Assembly: GCA_040384865.1 (NCBI GenBank)
Contig: JAZKIM010000006.1
Location: 988-64,987 of the forward strand
Direction: 5' to 3'
Source of the DNA: Patescibacteria group bacterium
Lineage (GTDB): Bacteria > Patescibacteriota > Minisyncoccia > Phycocordibacterales > CAIZLB01
DNA: 64,000 nt
Positions 31,820 to 41,753 of this stretch are shown here, one piece after another (position 1 is the first letter of the stretch; each line of letters starts with the position of its first letter). The notes below the pieces were generated by a model. It ran no database searches. It worked only from the letters and a program-made list of their open reading frames with translations, and had not been told where the DNA came from. The translations under genes were made by a program, and so were the position numbers.

Positions 31820-33637
31820 TTACATTTTTTTCGGAACCTGTATACCAAGAAGCCAGAGGCCTCCGGTAATGACACGTACGAATGCGCTTACCAGCGCAAC
31901 CTTGTATGGTGCGAACTTGTCATCCTTGCTCACAATTTGTGTTGAGCTGTAGAAAGAGTTAAATTCACCAGCTAATTCCATGAGGTAATTGGCAACATGG
32001 TGTGGTGAGTGTTCACTCTCGGCACGGGCCGCAACCTCCGGAAAGCGCACCAATAATCGCTCCAATTTTCCTCCAGGCCATAGCAATGTTCCTGCCTCGA
32101 GTTCTGGTGTCCAATCAATTTCTGTCGATGCCTGAATACCCACCACCCCTGCTTTTTCAAGAAGAGACTTCGCTCGCACGGCTGAGTACTGAAGATATGG
32201 ACCAGAGTCGCCTTCAAACGAAAGTGATTTCTCCGCATCAAAAATGATATCCTTGCCAGACGACTGTCGAAGCACGGCGTATTTTATAGCAGCAACACCA
32301 ACCTGATCGGCAACAACCTTCTTATCATCGCTACTCATTTCTCGATCTTTCATCCTTTCAAGTGCCATCTGTCTCATATCATTGAGTAATGATTCGCCCG
32401 TAACCACTTCACCTGTTCGGGATGACATCTTCCCTGTCGGCAATCGAAGCATGCCATGGGAAACATGTTCAGCCTTTATGCCGATTTCTGGAAACAACAG
32501 TTCAGTTAGTTTCAAAATAACCTTAAAGTAGTCATTCTGTTCATTACCTGACACGGTAATACCTTTATCATATTGATACACCGCATATTTTTCTTTCGCG
32601 AAACCTATTTCCTTTCCATCATATGTCGGTAAACTATCGCGCGTAATAAATACTCGCGTATGAAGAGGAATACCATTTCTGTCCGTATATTCTTCTCCAG
32701 GGAAAATAACAGCACCGTCGCTTTCTCTAAAAAGCTTTAAACCTTTTGGTGCGGTGTTAGCTCGAACTATCTCCAATCCAGGTGTACTCATCTGACTTTC
32801 AAAGAAATATCTGTCGAATTTTGTATCGAGTATTTTATATAACTCTTCAAATTGTTCCAAGCTCCACTCCCTGCCTTTATCATATATTTCATTTACTTCA
32901 GCATCACTTCGGTCATAGATCTTTTTGTTCATCTCACGAACTTCCACTTCCACCGAAGCGAATTCCTCTTTTTCAGACTCAGAAGATTCGGGGGCTTTTG
33001 CAATAGTCTCTAATTTTCCAAACCTTTGTGCACCCTTTGCATACGCCTGACCAAAAAACTCCACCTTATCACCCAAAGATGCATCCTCAACAGGAAACGG
33101 CTTGTCCATAAATCGCAAACCCCACAAAGCAAGTGCTACGTGTCGACCTACGTCTCCTTGATAGCAGAAACGCTTCACTTCGGCACCTGTGTATTCACCA
33201 AGACGACTAAGTGACTCACCAATAGTATTAGCCATGAGATGTCCAATATGGAACTGTTTAAATGGATTAGGGTCGGTATATTCGAAAGCAAACTTCTTAC
33301 CAACGTTCCGTATACTTTTTCCAAAGTTCTCGTTACTCAATATTTCAGCGATACCACCCTTGATAGTATTGGCAGTTTGGTAGAAATTGATGAAACCAGG
33401 ACCAGCCACTTCAATTTTTTCAATACCAGCAATATTTTGCAATTTAAGTGTCTCTACTATCTGAAGAGCAAGGTTGACAGGATTCAACTTAAGTTGCTTT
33501 GTGAGCACAAGCGAAATGTTAGTGGAAAAATCACCATGGAGCATATCCGTTGGACGCTCAATAGTGATCTTTTCTGGAGCCTCAATCTTAAGGCTAATAA
33601 GAGCAATTTTAATACTGGAAATAAGAGCTTCTTGCAT
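31820..33637 (-). CDS. argS: Arginine--tRNA ligase
   Basis: GPGFINF, EYTDPNPFKQFHIGH, KMSSRTG, GDSGPYLQY. Confidence 0.96.
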   Translation of the reverse strand: MQEALISSIKIALISLKIEAPEKITIERPTDMLHGDFSTNISLVLTKQLKLNPVNLALQIVETLKLQNIAGIEKIEVAGPGFINFYQTANTIKGGIAEILSNENFGKSIRNVGKKFAFEYTDPNPFKQFHIGHLMANTIGESLSRLGEYTGAEVKRFCYQGDVGRHVALALWGLRFMDKPFPVEDASLGDKVEFFGQAYAKGAQRFGKLETIAKAPESSESEKEEFASVEVEVREMNKKIYDRSDAEVNEIYDKGREWSLEQFEELYKILDTKFDRYFFESQMSTPGLEIVRANTAPKGLKLFRESDGAVIFPGEEYTDRNGIPLHTRVFITRDSLPTYDGKEIGFAKEKYAVYQYDKGITVSGNEQNDYFKVILKLTELLFPEIGIKAEHVSHGMLRLPTGKMSSRTGEVVTGESLLNDMRQMALERMKDREMSSDDKKVVADQVGVAAIKYAVLRQSSGKDIIFDAEKSLSFEGDSGPYLQYSAVRAKSLLEKAGVVGIQASTEIDWTPELEAGTLLWPGGKLERLLVRFPEVAARAESEHSPHHVANYLMELAGEFNSFYSSTQIVSKDDKFAPYKVALVSAFVRVITGGLWLLGIQVPKKM

Positions 33638-33674
33638 GCAAAGAGTCTAGCACAAAAGCCTTATGCTTACATGT

Positions 33675-34943
33675 TTATGACAATGCCTTGAGACCGATGT
33701 CTTTCCTATATTGTTTACCTTCAAAATCTATTTGCCCTCCAGCCTTATACGCCTTACCTAAAGCGCTTTGCAGATTATCTGCAACAGCTGTTATGCCCAA
33801 TACTCGTCCACCACTTGTCACAAGACCAGTGGCGGTCTTTGCCGTTCCTGCATGAAATATTTCAATACTTTCCAAGCTGCTCGCCCCTTCAATACCGGTA
33901 ATACTTTTTCCTTTTTCATATAAAACAGGGTACCCCTCTGAGGCCAAGACAACACAGCAAGCGCTCTCATTTGACCATTCAACTTTTATATCAGAAAGTT
34001 TTCCTTCAACACACGCAAGTAATATGCCGACGAGATCGTCCTTTAAAATCCTCATATATGACTGCGTTTCAGGATCACCAAAACGTGCGTTAAATTCAAT
34101 CACCTTCGGCCCACCTTCTGTCATCATGACTCCGGGAAATAATATACCGACAAAAGGTGAGCCACGTCGCTTAAGAGCTTGTATTGTTGGCATGACTACT
34201 TTTATCTTTATATCCTCGAGCATTTCATTCGTCACCCAAGGCACCGGGACGACAGTCCCCATACCTCCTGTATTTGGACCTGAATCTCCTTCCCCTATCC
34301 GCTTATGATCCTGAGCAGCTGGAAACATAATTATGTCAGTGCCATCGCAAAAGGCATGAATGGAAATTTCTCTACCCTGCATATACTCCTCAATGACCAC
34401 CTCGTTTCCAGCATCACCAAATATCTTTACTTGTAAAATCTCATCAAGAGCTATTTCTGCTTCTTTTAAATCTTCTGCAATAATTACACCTTTGCCAAAA
34501 GCTAGACCGCTTGCCTTTATAACGATTGGAAATCTTTGCCTTTTTAGGTAAACCTTTGCTTCTTCAAAATCTGTGAATACTTTGAATGCAGCAGTTGGAA
34601 TACCTTCCTCCATCATAAATTCCTTTGCGAACGATTTTGACCATTCTATTTCAGCAGCAATTTTTGTAGGTCCAAAGACTTTGATTCCTATGGCGATGAT
34701 TTCATCAACTAATCCTTCTGCCAAATAGTTATCAGGACCGATTACAACCAAATCAATATCCTCCTTGTTTTTCTTTAACCACTCGACAATCTCTCCCGAT
34801 GAATTTAAAGCTATATTTTGTGCGAACGGTGCTGTACCGGGATTCCCTGGCGCAACAAATATATTTTTTACCTTTTCAGATTGCCTGATTTTCCATGCAA
34901 GTGCGTGTTCTCTTCCTCCACTACCAACAATGAGAATGTTCAT
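33675..34943 (-). CDS. purD: Phosphoribosylamine--glycine ligase
   Basis: GSGGREHAL, QDHKR, GPNTGGMG, EFNARFGDPETQ. Confidence 0.96.
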   Translation of the reverse strand: MNILIVGSGGREHALAWKIRQSEKVKNIFVAPGNPGTAPFAQNIALNSSGEIVEWLKKNKEDIDLVVIGPDNYLAEGLVDEIIAIGIKVFGPTKIAAEIEWSKSFAKEFMMEEGIPTAAFKVFTDFEEAKVYLKRQRFPIVIKASGLAFGKGVIIAEDLKEAEIALDEILQVKIFGDAGNEVVIEEYMQGREISIHAFCDGTDIIMFPAAQDHKRIGEGDSGPNTGGMGTVVPVPWVTNEMLEDIKIKVVMPTIQALKRRGSPFVGILFPGVMMTEGGPKVIEFNARFGDPETQSYMRILKDDLVGILLACVEGKLSDIKVEWSNESACCVVLASEGYPVLYEKGKSITGIEGASSLESIEIFHAGTAKTATGLVTSGGRVLGITAVADNLQSALGKAYKAGGQIDFEGKQYRKDIGLKALS

Positions 34944-34984
34944 GCAACGATTTTAACACGTAGTACACGCAAAGAATATTTAGA

Positions 34985-35413
34985 TTATTTTCCCGTTGAG
35001 CCAAAACCTCCGGATCCTCTTATTGTTTCATTCAACTCCTCCACTTCGATGATATCTGCATGAAGTCGCTCCTGGATAATCATTTGTGCCACCTTATGTC
35101 CTTTTTCGAAAGTATATTCTTTCTCTGAAAGATTAACTACACCGACAATTATTTCACCACGATAGCCAGCATCAATAACCCCTCCCAAGGTTTTAATTCC
35201 CTCTCTTATAGCAATACTGCTCTTGTCCCAAATCAAACCGACATAACCTTCAGGAATTGCCATCGCTATACCGGTAGGTATTTGAGAATGCTTTCCTGGA
35301 GAAACAGTGGTCGAACTTTGAGCATAAAGATCAAAAGCCGCGTCACCAAGAAGAGCATATTTTGGGACGAGGGCGTCTGATTGAAGTTTTTTTATCTTTA
35401 GCTTGAGAGACAT
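34985..35413 (-). CDS. dut: dUTP diphosphatase
   Basis: AFDL, GVIDAGYRGEI, AQ, RGSGGFGSTG. Confidence 0.96.
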   Translation of the reverse strand: MSLKLKIKKLQSDALVPKYALLGDAAFDLYAQSSTTVSPGKHSQIPTGIAMAIPEGYVGLIWDKSSIAIREGIKTLGGVIDAGYRGEIIVGVVNLSEKEYTFEKGHKVAQMIIQERLHADIIEVEELNETIRGSGGFGSTGK

Positions 35414-35422
35414 ACGTACAAA

Positions 35423-36622
35423 TTACTTTCTTAAAATACCATCGATCTTCTTAGCGATTTTCTTAAAATCATTTTCTTTCTTTCCTCTAGTAGTTTCAGC
35501 AGCTGTCCCGAGACGAATACCAGAAGGATCCATTGGAGATCTCTGTTCTCCTGGGATTGTGTTTTTGTTCACAATAATTCCTGCCTTCTCAAGCCTGTCG
35601 CTCGCCTCTTTACCTGAAATACCCTTACCGCCCATCCAGGTGTCGAGAAGTATTAAATGAGTATCAGTTCCTCCAGATATGACTCTCCATCCAAGCTTCT
35701 GTAATTCTTTTGCGAACGTTGCTGCGTTTTTAATTATCTGTTTCGCGTATGATTTGAAAGCTGGTGTCATCGCCTCTTTCAATGCCACAGCGACAGCAGC
35801 AATCTGATTCAAATGGGGACCACCTTGGAGCCCGGGAAAAACCGCCTTATCAACAAGCTCGACAAAAGAACGTTCTTTTCCCTTTTCATCAGCCTCGACC
35901 CTAAACCTATTAACAAAAATAAGCGCACTACGTGGACCTCGAAGCGTTTTATGTACAGTAGTCGTTACAATATCAGCATATTTGAATGGAGAATCATATT
36001 GTCTTCCAGCCACAAGGCCGGCAAAATGTGACATGTCCACCATCATGATAGCACCGCACACATCACAAATCTCACGAAATTTTTTGAAATCAACCATTCG
36101 AGGATATGCCGTAAACCCGCATACGATCAATTTTGGTTTTTCTTTTAATGCTATTTCTTTGACCGCGTCATAATCGATCATCTCAGTATTAGGATCAACA
36201 CCGAATGAAACTTGCTGCCAGAACTTTCCCGTGGCTGAAACTTTATGTCCGTGAGTGAGATGGCCACCATCTGACAAATTCATTCCCATAATTTTTTCTC
36301 CTTTAGGAACAAGGCCGACATATACAGCAAGATTCGCAGGTGACCCTGAGAGAGGCTGCACATTCACATGCCAATCTCTTTCTTTCAAGCCAAACGCTTT
36401 AATCGCACGTTCTTTACAAAGATTTTCTATCTTATCTACAAACTCATTACCTCCATAATATCGATGCGATGAATACCCTTCTGCATATTTATTAGTAAGT
36501 TCAGAACCAAGAGCTTCAAGCACATCTTTTGAAACATAATTCTCAGATGCGATGAGATTAATTACCTTCTTTTGACGAGCCCTTTCAAGCATTATCAGTT
36601 TTTTGATTTGAGTGTCTTTCAT
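35423..36622 (-). CDS. glyA: Serine hydroxymethyltransferase
   Basis: LIASEN, GGHLTHG, TTTVHKTLRGPR, FPGLQGGP. Confidence 0.97.
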   Translation of the reverse strand: MKDTQIKKLIMLERARQKKVINLIASENYVSKDVLEALGSELTNKYAEGYSSHRYYGGNEFVDKIENLCKERAIKAFGLKERDWHVNVQPLSGSPANLAVYVGLVPKGEKIMGMNLSDGGHLTHGHKVSATGKFWQQVSFGVDPNTEMIDYDAVKEIALKEKPKLIVCGFTAYPRMVDFKKFREICDVCGAIMMVDMSHFAGLVAGRQYDSPFKYADIVTTTVHKTLRGPRSALIFVNRFRVEADEKGKERSFVELVDKAVFPGLQGGPHLNQIAAVAVALKEAMTPAFKSYAKQIIKNAATFAKELQKLGWRVISGGTDTHLILLDTWMGGKGISGKEASDRLEKAGIIVNKNTIPGEQRSPMDPSGIRLGTAAETTRGKKENDFKKIAKKIDGILRK

Positions 36623-36725
36623 GGAAATTTGATTAACAAGCTTATTATACGCAATACCTCAAAAAGGACGAAATTATGAAAAATTGACAATTATTGCCAT
36701 ACTTATAGTATCTAATAAGAACAAT

Positions 36726-37685
36726 ATGAACCCACAAAATCCCATCATTGAATATAAACCGGTTGACGAGCGAACGCCCGACGACCAATACGAGAAGCTT
36801 ATGAAAGAGTTGCTCGCTGGACACAAAAAAGTGACCATTCATGCCTCTTTGCCGGAAAACCAGGAATCAGAGCATCAGTTTTGCCTCGAACTATCCGGGC
36901 GCACGTTATCTTACAACCTTTCAAACGGGGCTCCGGTGATGCCAATCAGAGACCTCAGTGCTTCGTTTAAAGGGGCCATTGGGGAAATCGTTGCCTTCAT
37001 TAACGGGGCCCACACGCTGGAAGACCTGAAGAAGTTCGGTTGCCCTGAAATATTTTGGGGACGCTGGGTCACCGCTGAAAAATGTGCCAACTTCGGCTTA
37101 GAAACAGGAGACCTGGGCGCTGGTTCATACGGCGCCGTTCTTACTGCCACACCGATGCCTGGCGGAAAAACATTCAATCAAATCGACGCCCTCATTCGAC
37201 AGATGAAGCGGATGCCGAATCTTCGAACTCACGTTATTACGACATGGTATCCGCCATACGATCTTTCCGACAAAGAGCAGGACTCGCCTCGAAAAGTCGT
37301 CGTGGCTCCCTGCCACGGCAACATGGTTATGTTCAATGTCTACCCCGAAACAAACGAGATGGACTTAGTACATGTTCAACGCTCAGCAGACGTACCCGTT
37401 GGACTACCCTTGAACATGATTGAGTGGACGGCCTTCGGTATGATGGTATCGTACATAACCGGAATCAAACTTCGGAACTACATCCACATGTTGCCAAACC
37501 CCCAAATCTACGATATCCAGATCCCGCAAATCCAACAGCTACTAGAGCGCGAGGTGCGGAAGCTTCCGACCATGCATTTACGGCCTCAGCGCGAGATCCT
37601 GTCGATCACCGACTTCCGCCGCGAAGATTTTGTGCTCGAAGACTACCACCCGCACGAAAAGATGATGGTTCGAGCCATCATCTAG
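36726..37685 (+). CDS. thyA: Thymidylate synthase (divergent CPR-type)
   Basis: GDLG..YG, APCH catalytic Cys, QRSAD..GLP.N, C-terminal 'EDF.LEDY.PH'. Confidence 0.88.
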   Translation: MNPQNPIIEYKPVDERTPDDQYEKLMKELLAGHKKVTIHASLPENQESEHQFCLELSGRTLSYNLSNGAPVMPIRDLSASFKGAIGEIVAFINGAHTLEDLKKFGCPEIFWGRWVTAEKCANFGLETGDLGAGSYGAVLTATPMPGGKTFNQIDALIRQMKRMPNLRTHVITTWYPPYDLSDKEQDSPRKVVVAPCHGNMVMFNVYPETNEMDLVHVQRSADVPVGLPLNMIEWTAFGMMVSYITGIKLRNYIHMLPNPQIYDIQIPQIQQLLEREVRKLPTMHLRPQREILSITDFRREDFVLEDYHPHEKMMVRAII

Positions 37686-37700
37686 ACCACCGACATCCCT

Positions 37701-37733
37701 CTACCCTGCGAAACCGGAGATTTCGCAGGGTAG
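37701..37733 (+). terminator. Intrinsic terminator after thyA
   Basis: ctaccctgcgaaa...tttcgcagggtag followed by a T tract. Confidence 0.75.
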
Positions 37734-37757
37734 TTTGTTTTTTGCTATGATACCTCC

Positions 37758-38207
37758 ATGAATCAAAACCTAGTGAATCTCTCTAATGCTGGTCGCCCCG
37801 GGGATGATACTTATAAAAAAGTGATCGAAAAAATACAAAGCGACAATGCCTGCCCTTTTTGTCCAGACCAACTGGCAAAGTATCACAAGAATCCAATACT
37901 TAGAGAAGGAAAATTCTGGAAGATAACAACAAACATGTATCCTTATCCCAATACGAAGCATCACTTTATGTTTATTCTTAATAATCATAAAATCGATACC
38001 AAGGAACTATCGACTGATGAGTGGGCAGAACTCCACGAACACATAAATTGGGTCGTTGATTCAAATAATATCCCTGGAGGAACATTCTTTATGCGGTGCG
38101 GAGATACATCGCACACAGGAGCCACTGTCACACACTTACATGCCCAGTTTGTATCCCCTGACTACGAAAACCCAGACAGAAAGCCAATAATGGCTCGAGT
38201 GGGATAA
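37758..38207 (+). CDS. HIT-superfamily protein, HxHxQ (GalT/Apa-like) type
   Basis: CPFC, N.YPY, HLHAQ. Confidence 0.85.
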   Translation: MNQNLVNLSNAGRPGDDTYKKVIEKIQSDNACPFCPDQLAKYHKNPILREGKFWKITTNMYPYPNTKHHFMFILNNHKIDTKELSTDEWAELHEHINWVVDSNNIPGGTFFMRCGDTSHTGATVTHLHAQFVSPDYENPDRKPIMARVG

Positions 38208-39035
38208 TTATTCAGACTTCACCAAAACTATTTCTACCTCTGCAGTCTTTAGAATTGTCTCAGCGTCGAGCAATGAATATCCCTTTGAATAGAAAACTTT
38301 TTTAATTCCCGCTTCTACAATGAGTTTGGCACAATTAGGGCAAGGAAATGTCGTGACGTAAATTGAGGCTCCTTCAAGACTAGTTCCCTTCCTTGCTGCC
38401 CGCGCAATCAAATTTGCTTCTCCATGAATAGCTGTTGATAGGTCAATACGTTCGCCTGCGTCAAAACTACTTCGTGGATCGCCATACATATCCATACTCA
38501 AGTCTGATGGCATGTGCTTGTTATAGCCGGCTAATAAAACATTTTTATCCTTAACCACAACAGCCCCCACTTGTCTCCACCAATCAGAACTCTTTGAAGC
38601 TTCGTCAAATGCTTTTTCAATCACCTCTTTATCAAACTCATCTATAGAGATAATTCTGTCAGGCGGAACGATAGACTCCGTTAAGGTTATCTGCCTATTC
38701 CATCTCAAGAAAACCGGTTCAAATTTTACTTCCAACTTTGAAAAATATTTATCTTTCAATTCTCGAGTGATATCTTCATCTGGCATCACAATTTCCCCTT
38801 CTATCTTTACAATACCAACCTCTGCTACATGCAACACCTTTATTTCCTTAAATATACCCAAGGCTCCAATTGCCTTTTTCATATCATCGGCATTCGTTTG
38901 ACGAAGATCTCTTTCCAATCGCGGGAAGTCTGTGACGAAATCTGCGTCTAGCAGATAAAGAGTTCCTGGGTATTTTTTAAAGAAATCTATATATCCCTTA
39001 TGAAGAGCTGGGACGAAAGAAATGATAGCTGACAT
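38208..39035 (-). CDS. dCMP deaminase family protein with N-terminal nucleotidyltransferase-like domain
   Basis: HGE...PCPNC zinc motif; N-terminus 'SFVPALHKGY' resembles HxGH. Confidence 0.85.
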   Translation of the reverse strand: MSAIISFVPALHKGYIDFFKKYPGTLYLLDADFVTDFPRLERDLRQTNADDMKKAIGALGIFKEIKVLHVAEVGIVKIEGEIVMPDEDITRELKDKYFSKLEVKFEPVFLRWNRQITLTESIVPPDRIISIDEFDKEVIEKAFDEASKSSDWWRQVGAVVVKDKNVLLAGYNKHMPSDLSMDMYGDPRSSFDAGERIDLSTAIHGEANLIARAARKGTSLEGASIYVTTFPCPNCAKLIVEAGIKKVFYSKGYSLLDAETILKTAEVEIVLVKSE

Positions 39036-39628
39036 TATGCGGCTCTAATTTTATCTAAAAAGTTTTTTGTTAATTTAGAAACTTCATTTGCCAAATCTTC
39101 CGCACCTTCAATGGTGAGATTTCGAATACGAGCAGTGGTACTTGTTGTCGCTTGTGCTGGAAGTGTAACAATTTCACCAACATAATTTTTACAATCCGCC
39201 AATCGCTTCTTGGCAAAATCGCCGGTAGTTTCTGAAACGATCAAAATATCTGGGGAAACAATTTTTACTAATTCATTTTTCTCTAATGGCTCGCGTCGCA
39301 AGGTCACAATATCTACAGATCGTAAATGAACAAGCATTTTAACGCGCTCTGATTCTGGGACGATTGGTCGGTTTGGACCCTTCCTCTTCTTCGTAAGTGA
39401 ATCGGTGTCCGCACCAACAATCAGAATATCCCCTGCATTTCTTGCCGCCTCAAGATACAGGGCATGGCCCTCATGGATAAGATCGTAGACCCCCATAGTA
39501 AGAACAATTCGATACCCCATCTTTTTCAAAGACCTAACAACATCTTTAAGCTCTTTATAATCTGGAATAAAACGACTCTCGTGGTTTGGTCTATTAGTGA
39601 GAATATCTTTGATTTGGATCTTTGCCAT
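39035..39628 (-). CDS. Cytidylyltransferase-family nucleotidyltransferase (RfaE domain II/TagD-like)
   Basis: GVYDLIHEGH, KGPNRPI...ER, STT. Confidence 0.88.
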   Translation of the reverse strand: MAKIQIKDILTNRPNHESRFIPDYKELKDVVRSLKKMGYRIVLTMGVYDLIHEGHALYLEAARNAGDILIVGADTDSLTKKRKGPNRPIVPESERVKMLVHLRSVDIVTLRREPLEKNELVKIVSPDILIVSETTGDFAKKRLADCKNYVGEIVTLPAQATTSTTARIRNLTIEGAEDLANEVSKLTKNFLDKIRAA

Positions 39629-39728
39629 AGTAGTAGAGATAATTGTTAAATTAAGTATAATTAAGCAACTTGGCCCGGTCAACAAATACCCAAACTGCAA
39701 CATTCTTTAGTCACTCGCGCCACCTTTT

Positions 39729-40226
39729 ATGATAAAAGCCTTTATAATTGCAGCTGTTACAATGGATGGTTTTATAGCGAAAGACAACGCTCATTCTCCT
39801 ATGAATTGGACTAGCAAGGACGACAAGACAAGATTTGTCGAGATTACCAAACGTGCAGGGGTTGTGATCATGGGGGCGAATACCTTCAGAACCTTTCCTC
39901 GTCCCCTCAAGGATCGCTTAAATATTGTTTACTCACGTACCCAACAATTCGAAGGTACAGAAACAGTGACCGAAGAGCCATCGAAACTTCTAAAAAAACT
40001 TGAGGCTAGAGGCTTCACCGAAGTTGCAATTTGCGGTGGTGCTGAAATTTATACAAAATTCATAGAAGCTGGCGTGGTCAACACTATTTATTTAACCACC
40101 GAACCTGTGCTATTTGGAAAAGGTATTTCCCTTTTTAGCCGACCAGTTGATACGAAGCTAGAATTAATAAGCACATCAAAGACTGAGAGTGGAACTATCT
40201 TTTCTGAATACAAAGTAATTAAATAA
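39729..40226 (+). CDS. folA: Dihydrofolate reductase
   Basis: IAAVTMDGFIA, MGANTF...PLKDRLNIV, GGAEIY. Confidence 0.9.
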   Translation: MIKAFIIAAVTMDGFIAKDNAHSPMNWTSKDDKTRFVEITKRAGVVIMGANTFRTFPRPLKDRLNIVYSRTQQFEGTETVTEEPSKLLKKLEARGFTEVAICGGAEIYTKFIEAGVVNTIYLTTEPVLFGKGISLFSRPVDTKLELISTSKTESGTIFSEYKVIK

Positions 40227-40256
40227 AGCAAAAACCCCTTTCGGGGCTTTTTGCTT
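40226..40256. terminator. Bidirectional terminator between folA and rplK
   Basis: aagcaaaaacccc-tttc-ggggctttttgctt. Confidence 0.7.
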
Positions 40257-40678
40257 TATTTAACTTCGATTCCGAGAGACTTACACGTTCCCTCTATCAT
40301 CTTCATTGCACCTGCAATATCTTTTGAGTTGAGATCAGGCATCTTCTTTTCAGCGATTTCCTTGACCTGAGCCTTAGTGATAGAACCGGCCTTCTTGGTA
40401 TTTGGTGTTCCTGAACCCTTCTCGAGACCCGCCGCCTTGAGAACAAGCTGGGCCGCAGGAGGAGTCTTAAGGATGAAATCGAACGAACGATCTTCATATA
40501 CTGTAATAACAACAGGGACAATATCCCCCATCATTTTTGCCGTTGCATCATTGAATCGCTTTACGAATTCACCAATGTTAACACCAGCCTGACCGAGAGC
40601 GGGACCAACTGGAGGCGCAGGATTAGCCTTTCCTGCAGGGATCTGAAGTTTAAGCTGTTTTGTTATTTTTTTTGCCAT
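40256..40678 (-). CDS. rplK: 50S ribosomal protein L11
   Basis: [15 protein letters not shown]. Confidence 0.98.
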   Translation of the reverse strand: MAKKITKQLKLQIPAGKANPAPPVGPALGQAGVNIGEFVKRFNDATAKMMGDIVPVVITVYEDRSFDFILKTPPAAQLVLKAAGLEKGSGTPNTKKAGSITKAQVKEIAEKKMPDLNSKDIAGAMKMIEGTCKSLGIEVK

Positions 40679-40758
40679 TGTGATTTAAGAAAATTTAACC
40701 TCCGAGAGAATATCCACTGAGAAGCGCAGGGCGCCCCTGGAAGTTATATTAGAGTACC

Positions 40759-41304
40759 CTAGACGCGCTTAACTTGCAAGAAATCGAGTTCAACCGGTGT
40801 TTCTCGCCCGAACATAGATACAAGCACTCGAACCTTACCTCGCTCATTGTCCACTTCCGATACCTTACCTTCAAGCTCCTTGAATGGACCGTCAGTAATA
40901 ACCACAAGATCACCTGTTCCAAGGTCAATAGTGTGCTTAACGTTGTCTGTATTCATCCGCTTGAAAAGTGTCTCTACCTCGGCCTTTTCTAAAGGCACAG
41001 GAACGACGCCTGAACCAACGAACCCTGTTACTCGAGGGGTATTTCGAACTACGTACCATGAATCTTCAGTTACGATCATATCTACGAGCACATAGCCGGG
41101 ATATACCTTCTCCTCTTCTTCTACTCGCTTACCACCCTTAATCTTGATCTTCTTTTCAGTTGGAACGAGTACATTAAAAATTCGGTCTTCCATTCCAAGA
41201 GATTCGATTCGCTGCTTTAAGTTTCGAAGTACAGCGTTTTCATATCCAGCATAAGTGTGGACCGCGTACCAATTTCGTTCGTTGTTAGCCTGTTGTTTTG
41301 ACAT
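40759..41304 (-). CDS. nusG: Transcription termination/antitermination factor NusG
   Basis: WYAVHTYAGYE, PGYVLV, KOW 'DGPFK...FGRETPVEL'. Confidence 0.97.
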   Translation of the reverse strand: MSKQQANNERNWYAVHTYAGYENAVLRNLKQRIESLGMEDRIFNVLVPTEKKIKIKGGKRVEEEEKVYPGYVLVDMIVTEDSWYVVRNTPRVTGFVGSGVVPVPLEKAEVETLFKRMNTDNVKHTIDLGTGDLVVITDGPFKELEGKVSEVDNERGKVRVLVSMFGRETPVELDFLQVKRV

Positions 41305-41355
41305 ATATTTTATATTTTCTTTATGAAAGTCTTGTTACCCACCACATCTCTCCCT

Positions 41356-41538
41356 TTATTTACTGATCAATTGAGTAAGCCCGGCTGCGAAGATTGCATC
41401 AAAGACGCCGAGGATAGCGGCAATGACAAGAGAAAGCACGACAACAAGAATGGTATAGAGAACGGCCTGACCTTGAGTTGGCCATGTCACATGCTTCATT
41501 TCAGCCTTTGTTTCGTTGATGTAATTGATGATTCCCAT
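41356..41538 (-). CDS. secE: Preprotein translocase subunit SecE
   Basis: EMKHVTWP plus one TM helix; upstream of nusG. Confidence 0.93.
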   Translation of the reverse strand: MGIINYINETKAEMKHVTWPTQGQAVLYTILVVVLSLVIAAILGVFDAIFAAGLTQLISK

Positions 41539-41713
41539 GGTGTTACTGTGTTATTTTACGGTTAATTTGCGTTATTATACGCTTCATTTTGGTATTTAAA
41601 AACACCCTTTCGGGTGCTGTTTATAGCTGCATATTACGCCTAAAAACTATTTTGTCAACCTCATTAAAAACACAAAAAATCAGCGTCAATCATAACGTAG
41701 CACACAAACAACA

Positions 41714-41747
41714 AAAAGGTGGCGTCCGCGAGCGAACGCCACCTTTT
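41714..41747 (-). terminator. Intrinsic terminator
   Basis: aaaaggtggcgt...acgccacctttt. Confidence 0.7.
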
Positions 41748-41753
41748 GAAAAC

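Noticed and set aside
38208-39035. Anti-phage dCTP deaminase defence system
   Set aside because: It lacks the P-loop kinase domain of that family and sits within a thymidylate/folate housekeeping cluster.
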